A stretch of DNA of 64,000 nt, taken from NCBI GenBank assembly GCA_964016885.1, contig OZ024740.1, positions 436,418,001 to 436,482,000 of the forward strand, in the 5' to 3' direction. Below, one piece after another: positions 49,792-62,255 of this stretch (positions within the stretch are counted from its first letter, which is position 1; every line of letters begins with the position of its first letter). The notes under the pieces were generated by a model, which was not told where the DNA came from, ran no database searches, and saw only the letters and a list, made by a program, of their open reading frames with translations. The DNA is from Eledone cirrhosa. Its lineage: Eukaryota. The translations under genes were made by a program, and so were the position numbers.

Positions 49792-50845
49792 CTCCTTCTC
49801 TAGACGTGCCTTTCTAAGATAGCTAGGCACTTCCACATAGGTCATAGATACCTCTCCATCTTTAACAGACACACGGTGAAACTAGGATACTCATGTGCTA
49901 AGAATATGAATAGCAATGTTTATTTATGTGCCATATACCATATATATTTATAATCATTTGATTATTAGTCATTATAGCATTGGATGGATAGAATTGGAGC
50001 TGTAGTTTCCATTCTCGACAAGATTTGGTTTCAAATTTTGTCGAGCCAAACTTTGCTTTTACGCATTTCTTTGTGCGTTCGTTCCAGATCATTCTTCTTT
50101 GGGTTCTAATCCTGCTGAGGTCAACATTGGTCATGTTTTTGAGGTGACTAAATAATGTACATTTCTATTATTTGGGTCGATTCTTCCCCAGTGCATCTTG
50201 CACAATCCCTCTCCTCCTCTAAGAAGCCGGGCTGTTTTCAGACCTGGAGATGTATGAGCTCCGACAGATTTTAGTGCTCAAGCAATATCATGATATCGCA
50301 CCTATGATATCAAGTTCAATGTAAAACAAGATTACTATTGAACATACAACACTAATGTTGCGGCAGCTCATAATACCACAGTGAAACCAGACTATATGGA
50401 TAACTATTTATAAAAGGGTTTATGCGTATGTTTGTGCGCGCGTGGGCGTACATGTGTCTGTATGTGTATTTGTGTTTGTTTTGTTGATATCTTTAATGAT
50501 TTGATAGCTGCGATGTAGAAGTAATGTGATTTACTCTAAATCCCTTCTGTTCATTCTAGTATCATTACAACGTGAAAGCAAATTGGTAACCATTTGAATA
50601 GGATCTCATATTTTAAAAAAAACGTATATGCTTTTAATAATTTCTAGTGAAATGCGAATTAAATTACCAAGCAGATATTTCGTAAACTTGGATTAGATCA
50701 GAATTAGGAGTAAATATATTGTAATTGAATCCTTTATAATTTCCAACGTGGAGCTACTACCATTGACAAAAAGGAAACTAAATAATGCTTGACATATATT
50801 TGTAATTCATTCAAGCTATAGCTTCATATTATTAGGATGGCATAA

Positions 50846-51225
50846 AGGCGGTGGGTTGACAATATCGGTAGAGCGTCGGACAGCATACTTTGCGGCATAT
50901 AACTAATGAACTTTTCTTTCTCAGTTCAAATATCGTTGAGGTTGGCTTTACCTTTCAACCATACGGGGGTTGATAAAATAAAGTACCAGTAATGCACTGA
51001 GTCGATTTAATGGACTTTCCCTTCACCCCAAATTTATGACCTTGGCCTAAATAAGAAACTATTATTAGGATGAACTAATATCGTTGGACTTGCAGTATCC
51101 AAGGAACGTCGGCCAACATGCTTTCTGACATAGAGTTACTGTCCTATACTTTATCAGTTCAAATCCCGCCGAGGTTAGCTTTTCCTTTGATCCTTACGGG
51201 GTCGATGAATTATAGTATCATTTAT
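50846..51225 (+). mobile_element. Two tRNA-derived SINE copies (Meta-domain-like)
   Basis: 50846-51066 is full-like (GGCGGTGGGTTGACAATATCGGTAGAG...GATAAAATAAAGTACCAG...ATTATT). The ~51100-51225 copy is partial. Confidence 0.75.
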
Positions 51226-51594
51226 ACATTGATGGCTAAACCAGCAACCGTTATTAGGATGGCATAGACTCAGTTGAATACTTCTTGAGTACTTCGTGTA
51301 TAGCTTCCGCTCTGTCTCCGGCCACCTTTGGATTCCATGAGGAATTAGAGGCCATAATCCTTATCCCTTAATTTCTGAATAAACGTCAAAACGTAATACA
51401 CCGCGTAGAATTTGAAGCATACAAAAATAAACAAAACATTCGTAATATACATATGCTTAAAATATGAAATAAGAAAAAAAATACGCGTCAGAAACTATAT
51501 CTCTTTCAGACTGTTAAATGTAGTCAATGAATATGATATTAGTGTTTAATCCACCCGAAATTTGACTACGTTAGTGACAGATAATTAACCTTTC

Positions 51595-52290
51595 ATATGC
51601 TGTCTGAAGGCATGAAGCTTGTCCCCTTCAACAACAGTGTAACATACCCGCTGTAATTTATGAAGCTGTAGTCGCTTCTAACCTACCAAATCAACAAGAA
51701 GTCAAATCCTATGTAGGTACGGCGGAAGGCCGGTTTAAAGAAAGTTTCCTGAATCATCTGTCGACTTTCAGATACCCGGAAAAACGATCGTCCACGAAGC
51801 TCGCAAGCCACATATGGTCCTTCAAGGACGCAGGCGAGGATTACTCCATTCAATGGAAAGTTATTATTAAGTCTAAGCCATACAGAAATGGAAATCCGTT
51901 TTGTGGGCTGCGCATTGAAGAAAGAATCAATATCATGAGGATGTACGTAATAACGCTTGTCTAAATACACGGAATGAATTTTTCTCGCGTTATCCACACG
52001 TTACGAAACACCTATTGCGTAATTTCAAAGCTCCAGATTGACTACCCGACCTAATCACTGGACTGAATAACATGAATAATCTATTATATTCTGAGTTTTC
52101 ACAATTGTCTCCCTCATCATTCTACGTGAGTTTCCTCCTCTTTGGGAAGTGACTTCTTTTGCACATGCGTATTCGTATAATTGTTTTTCCTTTTCCGTAT
52201 AATCTCATTTAAACTGAGCTGATGATCCGTCTAAGGTGAAACACTTGTTCTCGGAAATGGTGAATTAACTGTTGTGGAACTACTTCTATA
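51595..52290 (+). mobile_element. 3' fragment of a Naiad-type Penelope-like element: GIY-YIG endonuclease pseudogene plus pLTR
   Basis: Translation CPLQQQCNIPAVIYEAVV...SYVGTAEGRFKESFLNHLSTFRYPEKRSSTKLASHIW...W...PY.NG...CGLRIEE...LNTRNEF, followed by an HHR at 52214. Confidence 0.85.
52214..52254 (+). ncRNA. Minimal type I hammerhead ribozyme in the PLE 3' region
   Basis: CTGAG-CTGATGA-TCC(gtctaa)GGT-GAAA-CA(ct)TG-TT-CTCGG. Confidence 0.8.
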
Positions 52291-52412
52291 TATATGTGTG
52301 TGTGGTGTGTGTGTGTGTGTGTTGTGTATGTGTGTGTGGTGTGTGTGGTGTGTGTGTGTGTGTGTGTGTATGTGTGTGTGTGGGGGGGGGGGGGTGCGTG
52401 CGTGTGTGTGTG

Positions 52413-53115
52413 TTATCAGCTCAACAGATATTCCATCCAAACTTGGACTTTCCCTATGTTTATCTCTTTGATAGCTGACCTTATCTCTTTAAAGGTTGGA
52501 TCATTCATCATCTCAGTTAAAGTCTCCCTTTGCGACAGTCCATTAATGATTTCCTCATCAACTACAGATGGGTTGTCAAAGAGCTCTCAAGATTGATATG
52601 GAAAACTGGGAGAGTATGACTGAATGCCGTACATCATGGAGAAAGATCATCAAATATGGATGTGATGTCTTTGAGAAAAAGCGAGGGAGTATGCTGCTTT
52701 GAAGTGTTCACTTCGTAAGCGGGACTCAAGTGCAATGCCTGCAGACATTCAGCAAGAATGAGGTGCAATGTATGTGGCCAATTTCTTCTAACACGAGTTG
52801 GTTTTGTTAATCATCTGAAATCACACGAGCCGGGGAGAAATCGAGCCAATTGTGAAATGGTTCTATCGTCACACACTCCACGATACATTTGCAGTGAGTG
52901 TGGCTTAATTTGCAAGTCAGCTGGTGGACTGACCAGACATGGTAAAATCCATGAAGACTCACCCCATCCGATTTTACCAGGAGACAAACAGTTCAAGTGT
53001 CACATCTATGAACGTACCTGCAAAACAAAAGAGGGTCTGAAAAGTGACCTGTGTACACATGATCGTGCAATGTTCAATGAAGCGATGGCACTCTTCTGAC
53101 AAGAAGTAGCAATCA
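52413..53115. mobile_element. RTE/CR1-Zenon-like LINE relic with inverted 5' segment and three C-terminal C2H2-like fingers
   Basis: Minus 52413-52590 encodes PTFKEIRSAIKEINIGK/.LDGISVEL (pre-RT motif). Plus 52592-53099 encodes WESMTECRTSWRKIIKYG...FE..R, then CNVC..H..H, CSEC..SAGGLTRHGKIH and CHIYERTCKTKEGLKS. A (CA)n tail follows. Confidence 0.72.
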
Positions 53116-53245
53116 ACACACACACACACACATAAATATATATATATAGAGAGATATTTGCTCTATGGTTTTATATATATTTTTTATATATTATCCTTAT
53201 CGGGCCCTCTTCGGATTTTAGTCTTCACATTTATTATTATTACTA

Positions 53246-53346
53246 TATATATATTTCGGTGACAGCCATCATTGGCTGTGACCTCTTCAGGCAGTCCTGA
53301 AGAGGTCACAGCCAATGATGGCTGTCACCGAAATATATATAGCAGT
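53246..53346. ncRNA. Perfect fold-back of a hammerhead ribozyme (46-bp arms, 4-nt loop)
   Basis: CTGAAGA-GGTCACAGCC(aatgat)GGCTGTCACC-GAAA-TATATA-TA-GCAGT on the plus strand, and its mirror, preceded by ACTGC, on the minus strand. Confidence 0.78.
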
Positions 53347-53627
53347 ATATCTATAATTTATAATAAACGAAGCCAAATTTTACATATTTGACTTAATTAT
53401 TTTACATTACTCCGGAGTAAACAAACCAACCTGCGTACTTCGTCGAGTGCTCCAATCTGCATACTGAGGTGTCGGTAAACAACCAGCATATATAACAAAA
53501 AAAAAATATATATATATATAAACAAATAGTAGAAATGAAAAAAATACAGTAGAAAATGCAAAATATCCCTCTAGCATTTTTTACTGTATATTTTTTCCTT
53601 TTTACTATTTGTTGATATATATATATA

Positions 53628-53930
53628 TCTATATATATAAAACTGAGGATGTCTGTCTGTGTGTGAGTTTGAATCCCTAAAACTCGAGAAACACCAAACC
53701 GACTGTTTTCAAACTTTACACATATAATACTTATGTTTCAGGGAGTGTTCTGAGCAAAAAGAATTTCAAATTTTCAATGCCCTAGGGACCGCATTAGGCG
53801 ATTTAGCGATCTCTCTCTATAATTCTTAGTCTTTCGCTTTTTAGATAGATCCATACATCTGACGTCGCGCCCTTATAATATCTGTCTGTATGTCTGGCTG
53901 TCTGCATTACGTCACTTTCCTGAGGAGGTT

Positions 53931-53988
<58 letters not shown>

Positions 53989-54576
53989 AGTGAGTTTGAA
54001 TCCCTAAAACTCGAGAAATACCCAACCGACTTTTTTCAGACTTTACATGTGTATTACTTGTTTCAGGGAGTGTTATGCACATAAAATTCCACCTTTTGAA
54101 TCCCTAGGGCCCGCATTAGGTGAAAAACTGCGTTTTTTTTCAGATTTTTAGGGGTTTTTCGAGGCGTTCCGTCAGACCGATTTCCTTGAATTTGTAACTA
54201 TGTATTAGTCAGTCTCTTCTTCATACCGTGAGCAAAGAAAATCCAACTTTTGTGTGGCCTAGGGCCCGCATTAGGTGAAAAAACTTCATTTTTTCCAGCT
54301 TTTTAGGGCTTTTTTGAGGCGTTAAGTCTAGCCGATTTTCCCGATTTTCCCGAAATTTCAAGGCATATTATGCACATCCTCTACGGTCTGCATTGGGTGA
54401 AAACTTGCATTTTTCCTGCTTCATCGAGTAAAATCGTAAAGATTATCCAGCCATCAGAGTATTCGGTTTATTTTCTTTACTTATTGTCCAGGCATGCAGT
54501 TTTTCCACGATTAGGTCTATTGGCGGCCTGCGTTCCAAAATATCTTTTCCTGTGCAACGCCGGGTACCACTGCTAG
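53628..54576 (+). mobile_element. Non-autonomous Helitron-like element (family H1), longer variant
   Basis: A|TCTATATATATAAAACTGAGG...CCTGTGCAACGCCGGGTACCACTGCTAG|T. The first ~290 bp are reverse-homologous to 33270-33558, with internal re-duplication of the 5' part. Confidence 0.82.
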
Positions 54577-54761
54577 TATATATATATTAATAATATTAAT
54601 AAATAGAAAATATCTTTATAAAACCATATTTCGTCAGATAAAGTATAATAATTGGTGCTAAGATATGACATATCTTCATCTTCAAGATATGTTGTCAGTG
54701 GAAACTGTGTTGATATGAAGTTCATATGAAGATATGTCACTATCTTTACACCAATTATTGT

Positions 54762-54820
54762 ATTTTATCTGACGAAAGTGGACTAAAATATTAGTACCCT
54801 TGAAATACGTATAATAAAAT
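54762..54820 (+). ncRNA. Type I hammerhead ribozyme (relative of the 46038 family) inside inverted repeat 54590-54862
   Basis: ATTTTAT-CTGACGA-AAGTGGACTAA(aata)TTAGTACCCTT-GAAA-TACGTA-TA-ATAAAAT. Confidence 0.82.
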
Positions 54821-54955
54821 AAATATGGTTTTATAAAGATATTTTCCATTTATTAATATTATTGATATTAATGATACTCCAGATATATCTGTTGAGTGTT
54901 TGTAATCTGTTGTAAATTAACTTTGTTGAATAATCAACAAACCAAATAACTCATT

Positions 54956-55031
<76 letters not shown>

Positions 55032-55273
55032 TATGTAAACAACTTAATAGTTTCGCTATGGAACAGATTTTGATTGGTAATAATCTTGTAACATGTAAAG
55101 TTACAAGTCATTACTGTACAAAGTAGAAACACTATTTAAATGGCGAGAAACAGTTTTCAATCGTAGTTAATATTTCCTTAGTTTATATTGGTTGAATCGT
55201 ACCTTCTCGTGGATCTTTAGATATCGTTTTAATCTATCCTTAATTCTGTGAAGAGGGTGTTGTCAGTCGAAAC

Positions 55274-55561
55274 CCCAACAGATCACAGATTAACCCCAAA
55301 CAGATCACAGATTAGCCCTTGTAGATCACAGGTTTAACCCCTGTAGATTATAGGTACCCGCATACAAATGAATAATTTGAAGAGTAAAAACAAAAATACA
55401 GAATGGAAGAGATTCTCTCTTCGATTTTGTGCTGGATGTTCGGGCAAAACAACCGACAGGAGACCTAGGGGTAGACCCCGAGCAAGATTTGTATAATAAC
55501 CATGAGTTCGGCTGGTCACGCTTGGTCGGCTGGTCACGTTTGGTCGGATGGTCAAGCTTGG
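55274..55561 (+). repeat. Short tandem repeats: ~20-bp CCC..AGATCACAGATTAA x4 and 18-bp TCGGCTGGTCACGCTTGG x3
   Basis: Direct inspection at 55274-55350 and 55508-55561. Confidence 0.75.
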
Positions 55562-56305
55562 GGATCTAGTCGGATCAGTTGGAAACAGTTGCTCTGACAG
55601 GACCCACTGGAAGGAGTGTTTGAGGATTCTGTCTACACCTCCACGGCCTTCTCGGGAATAAGTGGGCGAGAAGAAGAGGAAGAGAAGAAGAAAATATATA
55701 TATACTTTAATGGTTCTATCCTGATAGTTTCTTTAGTCATCAAATAGAAGAGCTTTGTCTTGTATGTTGCTACCAACTCTGAAAGCAGCCTCTGTTCATG
55801 TGAAGTTAATGAACAGAACAACTACGATACATAAACTATTCGAATCACAGAGAGTTCTTATTTCTCTGCTTTATTTCTCCGTGTAGACCAATGCTTTATC
55901 TGGAGAATTCAGCTTTCAGCTACAACAGACATTTTCTTTCAATTTTCCCTGTAGTATCGAACATTAAAACTCTACAATGGTACCGACCTTTTACACGACC
56001 CGACTGGGAACGGTCGTTAAAAAGCAAGCCAGCGTCATGTCTTCTCTAGAGACTCGCATAACAAAATTAATTTTTACCTTGACAGGTTTAAAGTACAGAT
56101 TTATAAGCGTTTTTATAATTTTCTTCTGAAACTCGGAGAATCTCTCACATTCTCCTTCCTCTTCCTTATCCATTATTAACTTATCTAATTCTCTCGATAG
56201 TATATATTCTCAATATCACTCTCCCACTCTCTCACAGTCTCTCACTCTCTCCTCTCTCTCACTTTATCCCACTCTTTCTTTCTCTATTGCTACCTATCAA
56301 TCTCC

Positions 56306-56403
<98 letters not shown>

Positions 56404-56679
56404 TTATACATATATATATACATACAAATGTACATATAACTATACTTACATACATGCATACATACATACACTTACATACATATATATACACACAAATTCA
56501 CTCACATACACACACACATATGTATATTTATATATATATATATATATAAAGCTTTCTTCTTCAATCTCTCTCTCTTTTCTTTCCTTTACTTGCCAAAGGA
56601 GACATGATCAGCCAGTCACATCGCCATGTCTCTCACTCACCTCCCGTTGAGTCAGTCACGCAGATTATTCCATGTATTT

Positions 56680-57410
<731 letters not shown>

Positions 57411-57677
57411 ACAGAAAAAATTAAACGAAATTTCATTTCTCACTCTTAGTACGACTGTTACTTAAATATAAGTATGTATGCGTACATACATATATGTATA
57501 CGGACGTACAGTAGTATGTATATATATATATATATATACATGCACACATATATACATGTACGTATGGATTCACCGAACATTTATTATAATGCTCGGTGTG
57601 TTTGTAAGCAATCCTCCCGTATTAAGCCGTAGTGTCCAGCAACCATCGTTGCTCGTTTGTTCAACACTGACAAAGGA

Positions 57678-57720
57678 ACGCTGTACTAGTTTCAAGCTTA
57701 TTAGCTATCGTCAGCAACGT
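57678..57720 (-). ncRNA. Minimal type I hammerhead ribozyme
   Basis: Minus strand reads ACGTTG-CTGACGA-TAGCT(aata)AGCTT-GAAA-CTAG-TA-CAGCGT. Confidence 0.82.
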
Positions 57721-58690
57721 ATACCTTCCTGGCAGATTGTTGAACGTATATACTTACCTTATGCATATTAACGGCTGAGTAGCCCAATTTTCATATCGAG
57801 TGGGTCAATCGGCCGGGTGCACCGAAAACGATAAACGGAAAAAATGTAACGAAATTTCATTTCCCACTCTTTGTACGGCTGTTACTTAAATATAAATATG
57901 TACACGTACATACATATATGTATACAGACGTACAGTAGTATGTACACGTACATACACATATGTATACAGACGTAATATAGTTTAGATTTCAACTTCATCC
58001 TATAAATCTAAACTATATTTTAACGTTCCAACTTTCTATCGGACTGTTGGGTTGGTTTTCCTGGCGGCGGGACCGGCCCCCTGGCGCATAGGCCTACCTT
58101 GAGTGCTTGTAAAAATACATTTCCCCTTCTTTCGGTAAATGAAACTACTCGGAGTGGCTTGATTCGCCCCGGGGGCCCGACGCGCAGCCGGTTTTTTGAC
58201 CGCCATATAGTACCTTTAAATTACAGATCAAATCAGAACTATTAGATGTATCACGCCTCCGTCTACTTAAGCAAATCCCTCTCCTGGGTAAAGGAATAGT
58301 ACTGGCGCACCTGAAGCCTGTTATACATTCCTAGAGTGCTCGAAAAAATCGATTTCCATATCTTTCGCTAGGCGATATCACTCGGAGTGATGGGCTGCGC
58401 AAGCTTGTGGTCGCCGCATGCTGTTTGACGGCTAAACAAAGACATAATCTTTACTCTATAATAAAATTTAAGTTTCTTCATAAAAGAATTTTTCTTTGCT
58501 TAAACCTCGCAACCTTAAAAATGTTAAACTGTTTAACTTTAAATTTTCTAATTTCTTTAATTTTATAATGTTAATATTAAATATTAATCTTTAACTTCAT
58601 CCTATAAATCTAAACAAAAATGTAACGTCCCAATCTTCTCCTCACACATTATAACATACAGACCCCCCACTATATTTACCTCTGCTAATA

Positions 58691-59182
58691 TACGGGTCCC
58701 TTTGAAAATATTTTTTCGCGCCATTCCTGGCCTGACTATAGTCTGACATTAATATCGACCTTTCTTCCTCTTTCTTTCTATCTTTCTTCTTGTAGCCATC
58801 AACCCTGACTTTTCTTCTTCTTCCTTTTCTTCTTCGCTTCCCCCTTCTTTCTGTCTTTCTCCTTGTGGCATGATATTAACGCTGACTTTCCTCCCCCTTT
58901 TTGTTTGCCTATATTTGACCGGTAGTAGTTGTTAAGATACGGGTCCCTTAGAATAAATTTTTTTCGCGACATTCCTGGCCTGACTGTAATACCGACCCTT
59001 CCTCCTCTTTCTTTCTGTCTTTCTTCTTAAAGCTGCCCTTAACCTTGACTTCTCTTCTTCTTCCTTTTCTTCCTTCCTCCTTCTTCTCTCTTCTTTCTTT
59101 CTTTCTTTTTTCTTGTGGCACGATATTAACGCTGACTTATGTTCCTATCCCTTTCTGTTTTCTTTTATTTGACCGGTAGTAG
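58691..59182 (+). repeat. ~247-bp tandem duplication upstream of an HHR-bearing pLTR
   Basis: TACGGGTCCCTT...CATTCCTGGCCTGACT...ATTTGACCGGTAGTAG occurs at 58691 and 58938. Confidence 0.8.
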
Positions 59183-59315
59183 CACACTGTAAGCTTTAGC
59201 CACGTCACTTGAGGGCGACCGGCAAAGGTGGAAGATGCTGGATGGCGGTCGTCCTTGCGTCTTCGATTTTCAGCCCCATGGATTTTATCTATTACATTCA
59301 CTTATTATATTTCGA

Positions 59316-59373
59316 ATATCTGATGATATCACCGGATTCATACGGAACCCGGTCATTGAAATGATCATAGTAT
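59316..59373 (+). ncRNA. Type I hammerhead ribozyme (same family as 27345)
   Basis: ATAT-CTGATGA-TATCACCGG...CCGGTCA-TT-GAAA-TGATCA-TA-GTAT. Confidence 0.75.
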
Positions 59374-60019
59374 AATAAACCTTTCAAGGATTTACACAAG
59401 TCCAGCCTCCTGTCATTTCATTATAATATTTAACTCCGTACTAGTAACTACAAAAACACAGACGGTTGAACTGCTTTACGTTGAGTACTCTCCATATTAT
59501 TACATTAAGATTGACCATACGGAATTGACCAGCTCTATCCAGTGGTGAACCTCAAACCTGAATAAATATATATATATATAAAATATTAAAAAAATAATGA
59601 ATAAAACAAAGAAACAGTTCCTTATATTAAACAAAAAAAGTTCATTATTTAACGATCGTTTCTAGGACATATATGTGTTAGAATTGGCATGCATATTCAA
59701 AAGATCTATGTACAAAATTATACAAACTATCAAGGAGAATATACATACCATCACATATATATGCTGTCTTCAGAAATAATGAAGTATATTTATTGATAAT
59801 AACAACAATTCAAAATTACAGGTCTGTTTGGGAACAGATTTTAAATAGACCAATGAAATACATAAAAATTCATCAAGAAAATACAGTTAGGTGTGTGTAT
59901 ATATGCAAGTAACTTCGTTCACAGATATGCATAAAAATGTATGTTCACATGCATACGCATGTCGAAAAAGTGTATGTAAATATAAAAATTTAGGGCTAAT
60001 GTCTCTGTATGTTTATAAT

Positions 60020-60558
60020 CCACAGACAAAATATACATACATATACATATATATATACATACATATATACACACATATACATACATTCATACACACACAC
60101 GCATATATACATAAACACACACATACCTACGAACACACATATATATACACACACACATACGTATATATTATTATTATAACTATATGGATATTGAGGCGCA
60201 CACATAAACACGGCCACACACACTTACATCTAGATGCAGAATTAAAAGGAGGTAAGGGAGTAAGTAATTAAAGGAGGGTGTCAGACTCAGCATATTTATA
60301 AAAATGTATCTATAAATTTAGAAATAAAAAGAAATATAATAAAGGAAATATAATAAAAACATAAAAAAACATAAAAGAGAGACATAAAATATACATGCTT
60401 ATATACATACGCACATTTACACATCCATACGTTCGATACATACTTACGTACGTACACACACACACATACACATACTTAACCTCACGCATATTGACCTGTT
60501 TGTATGCATATACATAAAAACAAGTAAAACATATACTCATACATATAAATACACACCG

Positions 60559-60608
<50 letters not shown>

Positions 60609-60863
60609 ACACAACACACATATATACATATATGTACACACACATACACACATACATACACATACATATATATATATATATACATATATATATACACACA
60701 TATATATACACACATATATATACACACACACACATACATATACATATATATACATACACACACATACCCATGTAAATATACACACAACCACACACACACA
60801 CACACACTCAGACATACATAAATATAGAGACATACATACACACATATATATATATATACATAC

Positions 60864-60925
<62 letters not shown>

Positions 60926-61011
60926 ATAAATACACACAGTCAGACAATTATGCACATATATACACATACATACACACATCTCTACAAATACATATACATA
61001 CATACATACAC

Positions 61012-61067
<56 letters not shown>

Positions 61068-61175
61068 TCATACACACTTATTTACATGCGCACATATATA
61101 TTTTTATACTCACATACAAACACACAAACATACATACATACTTACATACACATACATACATCCACGCTTACAAAT
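60020..61175 (+). repeat. Low-complexity (CA/TA/TACA)n region
   Basis: Direct inspection. Confidence 0.9.
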
Positions 61176-61359
61176 ACGAATAATTATGGGGGGGGGGGGA
61201 AGGGGGATTAAAATTATTAGTGGGAAATAGTAAATATTGGTTTCAAGGAACATAGAATATTAATCTGCATTTAAATCATAATATGTGTTTACATAGTAGT
61301 GTCAGTATTAGGAAATGTTATTTGTAAGAAAGAAGGCTAAATTATGCATTTTAATATAA

Positions 61360-62255
61360 GTAGACTATTAATTATAGGTTAATTAAAGTAAAAATAGTTA
61401 ATATATTAATTTCTAAGGTGTATACTACTTAGGTTTATAATATTTAAAGCGGAATTTTGAAGTTAACAGTAGTAGAGTATTAATTATAGCATAGCTAAAT
61501 TAAAAATATTAACATGATGGTATCAATTTTAGGAAATGAATTTTGTAATAGGGAAAGCCAAATTAAGTATTTCATTGGTAGTATAATATTAATTATAGGT
61601 TAACTAAATTAAAAATTATATATTAATTTCTATAGCATATGTTAATTAGGCTTATAATAATTAAAGCAAAATTTTGTATTTTATCTATAGTAGAATATAA
61701 TTATAGGTTAACTAAATTAAAATTAATCTATATATTTATTTGTAAAGAATATATTAATTAGGTATATATTTAAAAGTTTTTCTCAGTTTATGATTACACG
61801 ATATTCTGCAATCCATCTGTATTAGAATTTTAATTTTAAGCTAACTAAATTAAAATTATAGGTTAACTAAATTAAAATTAATTTATAAATTAATTTCTAA
61901 ATTGTATATTAATTAGGTTTATAATATTAAAAAGTATTTCTCTGTTATTGATTACACGATATTTTGTTATATTTCATCTGTAAAGGAATTTTAATAAAAG
62001 GTTAAATAAACTAAAATTAATCTATATATTAATTTCCAAAGTATATATTAATTATGTTAATAATATTTAAAAGTTTTTCACAGTTTATGATTACACGATA
62101 TTTTTTAATTTCATCTGTAGTAGAATTTTAATTAAATTAAAATGATAGGTTAACTACATTTAAATTAATTTATATATTAATTTCTAAAATATATATTATT
62201 AATTAGGTTTATAATATTTAAATGTTTTTCTCAGTTTATGATTACACGATATAAT
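61360..62255 (-). repeat. Degenerate ~110-155 bp tandem array derived from the 3' end of the PLE ORF
   Basis: AATTAGGTTTATAATATTTAAA.GTTTTTCTCAGTTTATGATTACACGATAT variants at ~62200, 62050, 61910 and 61757, with weaker copies at ~61640 and 61430. Confidence 0.75.

Noticed and set aside
51595-51630. In-frame TGA near the CxCR..CPL motif as a possible selenocysteine codon (reported for some Naiads)
   Set aside because: A 1-bp insertion in TGT-C(T)GA-AGG restores normal C-R-x4-C-P-L spacing, and no SECIS could be identified by eye. A family consensus would be needed.
52758-53099. Host C2H2 zinc-finger gene
   Set aside because: It lacks TGEKP linkers, is preceded by LINE C-terminal motifs and followed by a (CA)n tail, so it is better explained as a retrotransposon ORF end.
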